This document shows, piece by piece, positions 46,167-55,432 of a stretch of DNA of 59,706 nt; the first letter of the stretch is position 1; each line of letters starts with the position of its first letter. The DNA lies in NCBI GenBank assembly GCA_034435095.1, contig DAOTYC010000143.1:1-59706 (forward strand), written 5' to 3'. This DNA comes from Anaerolineae bacterium (lineage in GTDB: Bacteria > Chloroflexota > Anaerolineae > DAOTYC01). The position numbers and the translations under genes were made by a program. A model generated the notes under the pieces. It ran no database searches. It had not been told where the DNA came from and was given only the letters and a program-made list of their open reading frames with translations.

Positions 46167-47246
46167 ATGAGTAGCCGATTGGTGTCTGTATTCTGTGAAA
46201 TGGTCAGGATCGACAGTGAGTCTGGCAATGAGCAGGCCTTCCTGGATTATCTGGCCCGCCTTTTTGTGCAGGATTTGGGCGCGAGCTGTCAGTTTGATGG
46301 GTTTGGCAACCTGGTCGCTCGCGTCCCCGCCAGGCATTGCGCGGACAAACCGCCTGTCCTGTTTGGGTGCCACGGCGACACAGTTAAACCAGGGCGCGGC
46401 ATTGTGCCTGTGGTGAAAGATGGGGTGGTCCGTTCACAGGGCGACACCATTCTGGGGGCGGATGACAAGGCCGGCATCGCCGAGCTGTATGAGGCCGTTT
46501 TGACAGCGACACAGCATCCGCCGCTGGAAATTGTCATCACGCGCGAGGAGGAAACGGGCCTGGTAGGGGCCAAGAATCTCGATGTCTCTCTGCTGACGGC
46601 CCAAATGGGCTTCATTCTGGACGGCGACACGATTGACTCTGTGGTGATAGGTGGGCCGTCCCACATGTTGATTGATGTCGAGATCACCGGGCGCGCCGCT
46701 CACGCCGGTATGGAGCCGGAGAAGGGCGTTTCGGCCATCAGGGCGGCCGCCCATGCCATCTCGATTCTGAAGGAAGGCTGGGTTGATCCCCAAACGACCT
46801 GTAATGTGGGCATCATCGAGGGCGGGCGCATCCGCAATGGCGTGCCGGAAAAGGCCTTTGTCAAGGCGGAGTGCCGCAGCCTTGACCACGACACCTGCCT
46901 GGCGTACAGCGATACTATTAAAGAAGCGTTCGAGGTGTCGGCCAGGGCCATCGGCGCGCAGGCAGAGGTCAAACTGGAGCTGGGCTATCGGGCGATGCGC
47001 GTGCCAGATGACGCACCGGTGCTGGCGGCGGCGCGCCAGGCCATCGAGCGGGCTGGCTTGACGCCCGACCTGCGAGTCATCTGCGGGGGGACGGACGCCT
47101 CCATTCTGAACGCCAAGGGCATTCAAAGCGTTATCTTGGGGGTTGGCGGCCGCGCTGAACACTCATCGGATGAGCATATTTACATAAGCGACATGGAAGC
47201 CGCTGTGAAGTTGCTGCACCATCTGTTTGCTGTGCTGTGCGAATGA
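46167..47246 (+). CDS. M20 family metallo-amidohydrolase (peptidase T-like)
   Basis: HGDTV, LGADDKAG, REEETG, GRAAHAG..PEKG, GGTDA, EHS.DE. Confidence 0.92.
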   Translation: MSSRLVSVFCEMVRIDSESGNEQAFLDYLARLFVQDLGASCQFDGFGNLVARVPARHCADKPPVLFGCHGDTVKPGRGIVPVVKDGVVRSQGDTILGADDKAGIAELYEAVLTATQHPPLEIVITREEETGLVGAKNLDVSLLTAQMGFILDGDTIDSVVIGGPSHMLIDVEITGRAAHAGMEPEKGVSAIRAAAHAISILKEGWVDPQTTCNVGIIEGGRIRNGVPEKAFVKAECRSLDHDTCLAYSDTIKEAFEVSARAIGAQAEVKLELGYRAMRVPDDAPVLAAARQAIERAGLTPDLRVICGGTDASILNAKGIQSVILGVGGRAEHSSDEHIYISDMEAAVKLLHHLFAVLCE

Positions 47247-47260
47247 GAGGGAACGGCCCG

Positions 47261-47794
47261 ATGGATGTCATGGAGGCGATTCTGGGGCGTAGAAGCGTGC
47301 GTTCCTACGAAGCTGAGCCTGTGCCCGCAGAAGTGCTGCGTAAGCTGGTGGAGGCCGGCATTTGGGCGCCTTCGGGAGGCAATGCGCAGACCTGGCGCTT
47401 CGTGGTGGTCACCGAACCCCGCCGCATCCGACAGCTCAAGATGCTCAGCCCGGGCCTGCTGGGCGACCCACCCGCGGTCATTGTGATCTGTCAGGACGTG
47501 GCTGAGGCTGAACGCCGCGGAGATAAGCTCGGCAGAGAGGTCCTCACTCTGATGGATACGGCCATGGCGGCGCAGAACATCATGTTGGCGGCCTATGCCG
47601 AGGGCCTGGGCACGTGCGCCATCTGTTCTTTTCACCCGGGCGGCGTTCAGAAGCTCTTGCGGTTGCCGGAGAACATCATCCCGCAGATGTTGGTCTCTGT
47701 CGGTGTGCCCAAAACAATTCCCAGGCCGCCGAAGCGCAGGTTTGACGTGATTTGGTTCGATGAGTATACTGAACACGATGGATCGGTCAGTTGA
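47261..47794 (+). CDS. Nitroreductase family flavoprotein
   Basis: RRSVRSY, APSGGNAQTWRF, AAQNIMLAAYAEGLGTC. Confidence 0.92.
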   Translation: MDVMEAILGRRSVRSYEAEPVPAEVLRKLVEAGIWAPSGGNAQTWRFVVVTEPRRIRQLKMLSPGLLGDPPAVIVICQDVAEAERRGDKLGREVLTLMDTAMAAQNIMLAAYAEGLGTCAICSFHPGGVQKLLRLPENIIPQMLVSVGVPKTIPRPPKRRFDVIWFDEYTEHDGSVS

Positions 47795-48062
47795 GCCCAA
47801 AGTGTTCGAATTGGTTTGCTATATGGTGACCAGTGCCTGTAACCTGCTCAACGAGAACAGGTTATACGGCCCTTTTCGCCTGGTTGACGCGGCCAGTCGT
47901 TTGATTGCACTCATGGCAGAAGAGGGGGTAGAAAGCGCCCGGCTTCAACAAATCCGTGAGCGGATTCTGGCAGGCCAATATAGTGTGATGGACGACGAGA
48001 AAGCCTTCTCTGATTTCCTCCAAGACCTGGTGCTTTCTCTTGTACCCTTGATGGAAGAGTGA
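47778..48062 (+). CDS. Small conserved protein (DUF6092-like)
   Basis: FELVCYMVTSA.NL..E...YGPFRLVDAASRLI motif; overlaps the nitroreductase 3' end. Confidence 0.7.
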   Translation: MDRSVEPKVFELVCYMVTSACNLLNENRLYGPFRLVDAASRLIALMAEEGVESARLQQIRERILAGQYSVMDDEKAFSDFLQDLVLSLVPLMEE

Positions 48063-48290
48063 ATGGGAGAGACGGGTGGGGGACTCTTCTCTTCTCAGTT
48101 GCAGCCGTTGATTCCAATGAAGGATGATTAGAATCGCATATTGCTTTCTCAAATACCTCTGTCGCTCTTTGGAAAGGAGGTGGTTTGCAGGCTGGTTGTC
48201 CAATGAGATGTGATTGATCGGAACGTTGGGATTGTTTCGGAATTAGGTCGTTGCAAACGACGTTTGTATTCTGAGAGGAAGGAGAATAGC

Positions 48291-49979
48291 ATGAAAAGCC
48301 TGAAGTCAATGCTGTATGGGGTGGTATTGGTTGTTTTGCTCTCTGTTCCCGCGTTGGGGGTCGCCCCCGTAGCGGCGCAGGGGCACAATCCGGACAGCAT
48401 CGTGCGTTGGTGCGAGGACTGGCCGACGTACATTGATCCGGCGGTGGGGACCGACTTCTCCGACTCGATGGCGCTGGCCAACCTGTACGATACCCTTGTG
48501 TTCCCGAACCTCGACGGCTCGATCAGGCCACACCTGGCTGAGAGCTGGGATATTTCCGATGATGGCCTGACCTACACATTCCATCTGCGCAAGGGCGTCA
48601 AGTTCCACAACGGCGATGAGCTCACCGCGGAAGATGTTGTCTTCAGCGCGGAGCGGTTGTTTACCATCGGCGAAGGATTTGCTTACCTGTTGCAGACTAA
48701 AGACAAGGACGGGAACATCACCGCCGGGATCAAGTCAGCCAAAGCACTCGATGACTATACGGTCGAGTTCACTTTGGCCAGGCCGTTCGGCCCGTTCGTG
48801 CCAGCTTTGGTGCGGCTGTACATCCTCAACAAGTCGCAGGTGTTGGAACACATTGACAAATCCGAGACCATGTATGGCGAGATGGGCGACTACGGCAAGA
48901 AGTGGCTTTTGACCAACGACGCTGGCAGTGGCCCGTACATGGTCAAAGAGATGAAGATGGAGGAGTCCCTGCTGGCCGAGAAGTTCGATGACTACTGGGG
49001 CGGCTGGGAGGAGAACGCGCCCGATTTCTTCAAGGAGTTCGCTTTCCCTGGCGAAGTGGCGACGCGGACGCTGATGAAGAACCGTGAGCTGGAGATTTCC
49101 TCCGAAACGCTGCCGCAGGAAGGCTATGCGGCCATCCGCGAGATCCCTGGCTGCAACACGGTGGCCTATCTTGCGCCGCATAACCTGCAGATCATGCTCA
49201 ACACCAAGAAACCGCCCACCGACGACATCCACTTCCGCAAGGCGCTCTCGTGGATCATGGACTACGACGCGGTGAACAATGATATTTGGCCGAACTATGT
49301 CCAGTCCATCGGGCCGGTGCCGCAGACTCTGCCGGGCCACAATCCAAATGTTTTCCAGTATCACTACAACCCGGAGAAAGCCAAAGAGGAGATGGCCAAG
49401 TCGGCCTACGCCGGCCAGACGAACATCCCGTTCACGCTGTCCTGGTGTGCCGAGGTGCCCGACGAGGAGAAGGTCGCCCTGTTGTTCCAGGCCAATGCTG
49501 CCGAGATCGGGGTCAATGTGGAAATCTTCAAGAAACCCTTCGGCGCCATGATTGACGATGCGCAGACGGTGGACACCACGCCGAACGGTTCTATCGTCTA
49601 CGTGGCTGCCCACTACAACGAAGCGGGGTCCATGCTGGAGACGCGGTATCACTCCAAGTCGCAGGGCACGTGGGAGCAGTGTGAGTGGCTGGGTATGCCG
49701 GACATTGACGCAGCCATCGAGGACGCGCTGGCGACGGTTGACCGCGAGGAGCGGTTCAAGAAGTACGCCGCGATTCAGGAGACACTCGTCGAGCTGGCGC
49801 CGACCATCTGGCTGGCCGACCAGGCGCAGGAGTTCGGATACCAGGAGGCCTATCTGATGTGGCCGCTGGCCGAGCGCATCAAGGCCGGCGAACCCACCAG
49901 CGCGGTGATGGGCTACAGCCACTACGTCCATGACATGAAGGTCTACCCGGAGAAGAGGGCGGAGCTGCTGGGTAAATAG
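48291..49979 (+). CDS. ABC transporter substrate-binding protein, family 5 (DppA/OppA-like)
   Basis: NLYDTLV, PHLAESWDIS.DGLTYTFHLRKGVKFHNG, GSGPY; ATG 48291 after GAGGAAGGAG; signal peptide ends VAA-QG. Confidence 0.95.
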   Translation: MKSLKSMLYGVVLVVLLSVPALGVAPVAAQGHNPDSIVRWCEDWPTYIDPAVGTDFSDSMALANLYDTLVFPNLDGSIRPHLAESWDISDDGLTYTFHLRKGVKFHNGDELTAEDVVFSAERLFTIGEGFAYLLQTKDKDGNITAGIKSAKALDDYTVEFTLARPFGPFVPALVRLYILNKSQVLEHIDKSETMYGEMGDYGKKWLLTNDAGSGPYMVKEMKMEESLLAEKFDDYWGGWEENAPDFFKEFAFPGEVATRTLMKNRELEISSETLPQEGYAAIREIPGCNTVAYLAPHNLQIMLNTKKPPTDDIHFRKALSWIMDYDAVNNDIWPNYVQSIGPVPQTLPGHNPNVFQYHYNPEKAKEEMAKSAYAGQTNIPFTLSWCAEVPDEEKVALLFQANAAEIGVNVEIFKKPFGAMIDDAQTVDTTPNGSIVYVAAHYNEAGSMLETRYHSKSQGTWEQCEWLGMPDIDAAIEDALATVDREERFKKYAAIQETLVELAPTIWLADQAQEFGYQEAYLMWPLAERIKAGEPTSAVMGYSHYVHDMKVYPEKRAELLGK

Positions 49980-50005
49980 CCCGCCAGTTTCAGCGCAGCA
50001 GTGCA

Positions 50006-50270
50006 GGGGGCGCAATTGGATTGCGCCCCCACAGGCGTCAAGTTAAGGGTAGAAATCATCCAAACCTGCCTGACATCACAGGTATTTGTCGTTGCGAGGA
50101 ACCCGCAGGGCGACGAAGCAACGTAGCCCGGCCCCTCGTGGGCGTCTCAACGGGCGCAAGGCCCTATGCTACGGCCGCCAAGCGGGGATTGCTTCGCTTC
50201 GCTCGCAGCAATGTAGCATAGCCCCTTGTGGGCGTAACGGGCACAAGGCCCTACGCTACTCGCAATGACT
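50006..50270. repeat. REP-like mosaic between the SBP and permease genes
   Basis: GGGGGCGCAAT-TGG-ATTGCGCCCCC perfect hairpin (50006-30); two GTAGC...GCCCT(A/G)(T/C)GCTAC modules; GGATTGCTTCGCTTCGCTCGCA. Confidence 0.8.
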
Positions 50271-50411
50271 GACAGGCCCTGCCAGCTTTGCTTAGATTTG
50301 GACTTGTCTCGCGTGCCTGGACGTGTCTTAACTTGACTCCTATGGGCAGGTATGGAAGCCTGCCCTGCGCGATTGTTGAAGTATTGACATCCCTTGAAAT
50401 CAGGAGGGTTC

Positions 50412-51437
50412 ATGAGGTTAGGACCATTCATACTTCGTCGTTTGGGCCTGTCCATATTTGTCTTGTTCGGCCTTTCCATACTTATTTTCATCATTGCACG
50501 GATTGTGCCGGGCGACCCGGCGCGCATGGCCCTGGGCCCCAGGGCGCCGGTAGAAGTCGTCGAGCGTCTGCGCCAGCAGATGAACCTGGATAAGCCTTTG
50601 CCCCAGCAGTATGTTCTGTGGCTGTGGGGGGTGGTGCATGGCGACTTAGGAGACTCCCTGGTTTCTCGTCGTCCAGTAGCCCAAGATATTCGGGAGTTCT
50701 TCCCGGCCACTCTGGAGCTGGTCGCTGTGACGGCGGTACTGATCGCCAGCCTGGGCATATCTTTGGGCGTATTGTCGGCCCGTTACGCCAACACGTGGCT
50801 GGACAGCATCATTCGTTTGTTATCCTATCTGGGTATCGTTACTCCGGCCTTTGCCTGGGCGGTTATTCTGGTGCTGTTGTTTGGTTTCGTGTGGCATTTC
50901 TTCCCAACCTATGGTCGCCTGACTGAAGGCACTGTTCCTCCTCCCATGATCACCGGCATGTACACCGTTGACAGCCTGCTGACCGGACAACCGGCCAAAT
51001 TCTGGGATGCCTTTGTCCACCTGCTCTTACCGGCCATCGCGCTGGCCTTGCCGCCGATGTCGCAGGCGGCGCGCATCACGCGGTCGAGCATGGCCGACAA
51101 TCAGAGCAAGGACTATGTGGCTTCGATGATCGCCTATGGCGTGCCCCATCGGGTTGTCGTTGGAAAGTATCTGCTGAAGCCTTCTTTGATCTCACCGATT
51201 ACGGTCATGGCTATGGACATCGCGGCAACCTTCGGATACGCATTTATGGTGGAGAAAATCTTCGGATATCCCGGCCTGGCCCGCTATGGCATCCAGGTCA
51301 TGCTCAACAAGGATGTGAATGCCATAGTAGGAGTGGTCATGGTGTTGGGGATCGTGTTTGTCACCCTGAACATTGTGGTTGACATTGTGGTAGCTTATCT
51401 GGATCCGCGTATCCGGCTGTTGGGGAGGAGTTCCTGA
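50412..51437 (+). CDS. Peptide/nickel ABC transporter permease (DppB-like)
   Basis: PGDPA, GDLG.S, PATLEL, P.F, ARITRSSM, PGLARY. Confidence 0.94.
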   Translation: MRLGPFILRRLGLSIFVLFGLSILIFIIARIVPGDPARMALGPRAPVEVVERLRQQMNLDKPLPQQYVLWLWGVVHGDLGDSLVSRRPVAQDIREFFPATLELVAVTAVLIASLGISLGVLSARYANTWLDSIIRLLSYLGIVTPAFAWAVILVLLFGFVWHFFPTYGRLTEGTVPPPMITGMYTVDSLLTGQPAKFWDAFVHLLLPAIALALPPMSQAARITRSSMADNQSKDYVASMIAYGVPHRVVVGKYLLKPSLISPITVMAMDIAATFGYAFMVEKIFGYPGLARYGIQVMLNKDVNAIVGVVMVLGIVFVTLNIVVDIVVAYLDPRIRLLGRSS

Positions 51438-51438
51438 T

Positions 51439-52344
51439 ATGACGACGCAGGGCATTGCGCTGACCGAGATGCTCGAAAATCCCTGGCTGAGAAGATGGGA
51501 CTCAGCGAAGCGGGCATGGTACAAGTTCTCCAGGAACTGGCTTTCGGTGCTCGGGCTGTTCATGGTGGCGACGATTGTCTTCCTGGCCGTTTTTGCCCCG
51601 TATGTGGCCCCTTACCCCCAGCACGCCGGCAAATTTGTTGATTTCAAAGGCATGAACCAACCGCCCAGCCTCAAGCATCTGATGGGCACCGATACAGTGG
51701 GGCGAGACATTCTCTCGCGCATCATCTTTGCTTTTGGCAACGCGTTGTTCATGGCGATCGGCGTTTTGATTGTCAGCGTCCCCCTGGGGACCTTGACCGG
51801 CCTCATGGCCGGTTACTACTCAGGGACGTGGGTGGATACGGTCATTATGCGTGTCACCGATGTGTTTATCAGCCTTCCCTCGCTGGTTCTGGCACTCTCC
51901 ATTGCCGCCATGCTGAAGCCAACCTTGATGAATTCGATGATGGCCGTGACGGTGAGCTGGTGGCCCTGGTATACGCGCATGACCTATACCCTGGCCTCTT
52001 CCATACGAAACGAGTATTACGTCCAGGCCGCCGAACTGACCGGCGCCAGCAAATGGCACATCCTGTTCCGGGAGATACTGCCCAATTGTTCATCGTCCTT
52101 GTTCACCAAGATGGCGCTGGACGTGGGGTGGGTGACGCTGGTAGGCGCGGCCCTGAGTTTCGTCGGCCTGGGCGAGCAACCGCCTAATCCGGCGTTGGGC
52201 ACCATGATCTCAGAAGGGGTCGAGCGTATGCCGGCCCAGTGGTGGATCGCGGTCTTCCCCTCGCTGGCGGTGATGCTCGTGGTTTTGGGCTTCAATCTGT
52301 TCGGCGATGGCATCCGCGATATGCTGAGCCCTGAGGAGGCGTAG
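51439..52344 (+). CDS. Peptide/nickel ABC transporter permease (DppC-like)
   Basis: HLMGTDTVGRDILSR, AAELTGAS...LFREILPN, LSFVGLG.QPP.P.LG. Confidence 0.94.
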   Translation: MTTQGIALTEMLENPWLRRWDSAKRAWYKFSRNWLSVLGLFMVATIVFLAVFAPYVAPYPQHAGKFVDFKGMNQPPSLKHLMGTDTVGRDILSRIIFAFGNALFMAIGVLIVSVPLGTLTGLMAGYYSGTWVDTVIMRVTDVFISLPSLVLALSIAAMLKPTLMNSMMAVTVSWWPWYTRMTYTLASSIRNEYYVQAAELTGASKWHILFREILPNCSSSLFTKMALDVGWVTLVGAALSFVGLGEQPPNPALGTMISEGVERMPAQWWIAVFPSLAVMLVVLGFNLFGDGIRDMLSPEEA

Positions 52345-52349
52345 TCATC

Positions 52350-53348
52350 ATGGCTGAAACGTTGCTTGACATACGGGACCTCCACGTCTGGTACAAGGTG
52401 TATGGGGGGGTGTTGAAAGTCCTGAACGGGGTGAACTTCACCGTCCATGTCGGCGAGAAGGTCGGCCTGGTGGGAGAGACCGGCTGCGGCAAGACGACGA
52501 CCATGAAAGCCGTGCTGCGAATCCTGCCGCCGCAGGCCCAAATCCCCAAAGGCCAGATCCTGGTGCACGGCAAGGACGTGCTCAAGATGAACTCGCGGGA
52601 ACTGGCCGACCTGCGCGGCAGGGGCCTGTCCATGATTTTTCAGGACCCGACTTCGGCGTTGAATCCGGTGTTCACAGTGGGGCAGCAGTTGTACGATGTC
52701 ATCCGCTATTCGGCCGGAGCGACCGGAGAGGCCGTGAAAGACAAGCGGGCCGTGGCTCTGCGCGCCCTGCGCGAAGCCCGCCTGCCAGACGCGGAACGCA
52801 TGTTGGACAGCTACCCCATCCAGCTCAGCGGCGGGATGCGCCAGCGGGTGTGTATCGCCTTCGCCATCGCCACAGCCCGCGACCTGCTGATCGCCGATGA
52901 GCCGACGACCAACCTGGACGTGACCATTCAGGACCAGGTGCTGCGCCTGATCCGCGACCTGGTGGAGCAGAAGGGCACGTCTCTGATCCTGATCACCCAT
53001 TCGCTGGGCCTGGCCCGCGAGATGACCGACCGCGTATACGTCATGTACGCCGGCAACATGATTGAGATGGCCGACACGCCGGCGTTGTTCAAAGAGCCCC
53101 TGCACCCGTATACCCAGGGCCTGTTTGCCTCGATCCCACGCCTGACCGGCGGCGGATTTGCCGAAGGCATACCGGGCCGCATCCCCGACTACAGAAACCC
53201 GCCGCCTGGCTGTCGCTTTCAGCCGCGCTGCCCGCACGCCTTCCAACCGTGCGGACAGGCCATGCCGCCGTATTTCGATGTGGGGGAGGGCCATCAAGTC
53301 GCCTGCTACCTGTATCAGTCCGGACGGGAGGTGACCACCAATGCCTGA
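52350..53348 (+). CDS. Oligopeptide ABC transporter ATPase (DppD-like)
   Basis: [44 protein letters not shown]. Confidence 0.95.
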   Translation: MAETLLDIRDLHVWYKVYGGVLKVLNGVNFTVHVGEKVGLVGETGCGKTTTMKAVLRILPPQAQIPKGQILVHGKDVLKMNSRELADLRGRGLSMIFQDPTSALNPVFTVGQQLYDVIRYSAGATGEAVKDKRAVALRALREARLPDAERMLDSYPIQLSGGMRQRVCIAFAIATARDLLIADEPTTNLDVTIQDQVLRLIRDLVEQKGTSLILITHSLGLAREMTDRVYVMYAGNMIEMADTPALFKEPLHPYTQGLFASIPRLTGGGFAEGIPGRIPDYRNPPPGCRFQPRCPHAFQPCGQAMPPYFDVGEGHQVACYLYQSGREVTTNA

Positions 53349-54339
53349 GGCAGCAGCATCGAACAACGATATTCTGGTAGCCGACAAGCTGGTCAAGTAT
53401 TTCCCCATCAACCGTTCCGGCCTGTTCAATCAGCGATGGATCATCGTGAAAGCGGTAGATGGCATCAATTTCACCATCAAGCAGGGCGAGTGCTTCGGCC
53501 TGGTCGGCGAGTCCGGCTCGGGCAAGAGCACGACGGCCTATATGACAGTGGGGACTTATGCGCCCACAAGCGGTTCGCTTACGTTCAAGGGAGAGGACAT
53601 CGCCCGTCCGGCGGTGCAGCGTCCCATGCACCTGAAGAAGGACATCCAGATTGTCTTTCAAGACCCCGGCTCTTCGCTGAATCCCAGGCGTACCATCGCC
53701 GACATCATTGAGATGCCCCTGCGGGTGCACAACATGGTCAAGAAGGGGGAGTCGGTAGAAAAGAAGATCATCGAATTGCTCGACATGGTTGAGCTGCCGG
53801 CCCACTACCGTTTCAAGTCGCCGGTGACCATCGGCGGCGGCGAACGCCAGATGGTCGCCATCGCCCGCGCGTTGGCGACTGAGCCATCGTTCATGATCCT
53901 GGATGAGCCGACCTCAGCCCTGGATGTCTCCGTGCAGGGCAAGATCATCAACATGCTGATGCGCATCCAGAAAGAGTTTAACCTGACCTACATGTTCATC
54001 ACCCATGACCTGAGCCTGATGCGCAACGTGGCGACCCGCATCGCCATCATGTATCTGGGCAAGATTGCCGAAGTCGCACCAGCAACAGAGTTCTTCGAGA
54101 AGCCGTTGCACCCCTATACGCAGATGTTGCTGTCGTCTATCCCGGTCGTCTCGGAAGAAGAAGAGCGCTTCAAGCCGAGCAAGATTCACTCGGTGGGCGA
54201 AATCCCCAGCCCGGTAGATGTGCCGCCGGGTTGCAGTTTCAATACGCGCTGTCCGTTCAAGACGGATAGATGTCTGGTCGAAGACCCGGTCATGCGTGAA
54301 ATAGAGCCTGGACATTTTGCTCGATGCCATAACATCTGA
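53341..54339 (+). CDS. Oligopeptide ABC transporter ATPase (DppF-like)
   Basis: GESGSGKS, ILDEPTSALD, HPYTQML, PPGCSFNTRCP; atypical signature IGGGERQ. Confidence 0.94.
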   Translation: MPEAAASNNDILVADKLVKYFPINRSGLFNQRWIIVKAVDGINFTIKQGECFGLVGESGSGKSTTAYMTVGTYAPTSGSLTFKGEDIARPAVQRPMHLKKDIQIVFQDPGSSLNPRRTIADIIEMPLRVHNMVKKGESVEKKIIELLDMVELPAHYRFKSPVTIGGGERQMVAIARALATEPSFMILDEPTSALDVSVQGKIINMLMRIQKEFNLTYMFITHDLSLMRNVATRIAIMYLGKIAEVAPATEFFEKPLHPYTQMLLSSIPVVSEEEERFKPSKIHSVGEIPSPVDVPPGCSFNTRCPFKTDRCLVEDPVMREIEPGHFARCHNI

Positions 54340-54366
54340 GACTTTCTTACGAGGAGGTAAAGTATT

Positions 54367-55416
54367 ATGCCAACAACGATGGATTTGGAAATTGGAATGG
54401 GTGCTTATAAGGTCGTGCGTGACCTGTTGGCGGTGAAGAAGGGTGAGAGTGTGCTGATCACCATTGACTCGGCCGGCCACTGGCGCATGGCGGAGGAAAC
54501 GGCCAAAGCCGCCGAGGCAATGGGCGCCAAGGTGATGGTGGCCTGGCACTCGACGCCGCCCGGCTATGGCAAGGTGGGCGACCCCTATCTGCCGGACAGC
54601 CTGCACGCGGCGATACCGGAGACCGATTGCTGGGTAGAGTATAACTACCAATGGCTGCTTTATTCCACGCCGTGGGAAAAGGCCCTGACCAACCCCAAGC
54701 GGGTACGCTACCTGTTCCTGGGTGGCCTGAACGAAGAACAGTTCGTGCGTTGCGTCGCCAAGGTTGACCTGGACCTGCAGAAGCAGTTCCAGGACACGCT
54801 GGTAGATTTGACCAAAAAGGCCCGCAAGATGCGCATCACCAACCCGGCGGGGACCGATGTGCAGTTTGAAAACGACCCGAAGCGGCCCATTACCAACGAG
54901 GGCTGGGCGTTGGAGCCGGGCGCACACTTCCTGCTGGGGCAAATTGGCTGGGCGCCGGTCGAGGAGACTATCAATGGCGTCATCGCCTTCAACGGCTCGT
55001 TCTCCGGCGGCGGCGAAGCCGACCTGGGCATTCTCAAAGAGCCGGTGTTGTTCCATGTCAAGGAAGGGGTGTGTGTGGACATCACCGGCGGCGAAGAGGC
55101 CAAGTTCCTGAAGGGCTGGTTCGCCCGGTTGGAGGACCCACTGATGTATCATGCGGCCCATGTGTGCTATGGCTTCAACCCCGGCGCGAAGCTGTCCGGC
55201 CTGTGCACGGAAGATGAGCGGGTGTGGGGCTCGACCGAATGGGGCTTCGGTTATCAGGGGCCTTTCTTTAAGGCCAAGGGCATCAACGCCAAGACCCACG
55301 TGGACGGCATCTGCCTGAACTCGTCGGTCTGGCTGGACGGCGAGCAAATCATGGATCAGGGACGATTGCTGCATCCGAAGCTGGCCGAGCTGGCCGCCAA
55401 GATTGGCAAGCAATAG
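54367..55416 (+). CDS. M29/aminopeptidase-T-fold metalloprotein with NicX-like His...HxD motif (paralog 1)
   Basis: VKKGESVLITID, ITNPAGTD, G.I..AP.E..NG.I.F.GS, AHVCYGFNP, EDER.WG, THVDGI. Confidence 0.75.
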   Translation: MPTTMDLEIGMGAYKVVRDLLAVKKGESVLITIDSAGHWRMAEETAKAAEAMGAKVMVAWHSTPPGYGKVGDPYLPDSLHAAIPETDCWVEYNYQWLLYSTPWEKALTNPKRVRYLFLGGLNEEQFVRCVAKVDLDLQKQFQDTLVDLTKKARKMRITNPAGTDVQFENDPKRPITNEGWALEPGAHFLLGQIGWAPVEETINGVIAFNGSFSGGGEADLGILKEPVLFHVKEGVCVDITGGEEAKFLKGWFARLEDPLMYHAAHVCYGFNPGAKLSGLCTEDERVWGSTEWGFGYQGPFFKAKGINAKTHVDGICLNSSVWLDGEQIMDQGRLLHPKLAELAAKIGKQ

Positions 55417-55432
55417 GGGGACCATATAGGAT

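Noticed and set aside
48150-48215. GGAAAGGAGGTG followed by a 10-codon TTG ORF (MQAGCPMRCD), or a Moco-like 3' end, upstream of the SBP gene
   Set aside because: Too short to support, no matching CTCCGA 5' strand found, and no independent evidence.
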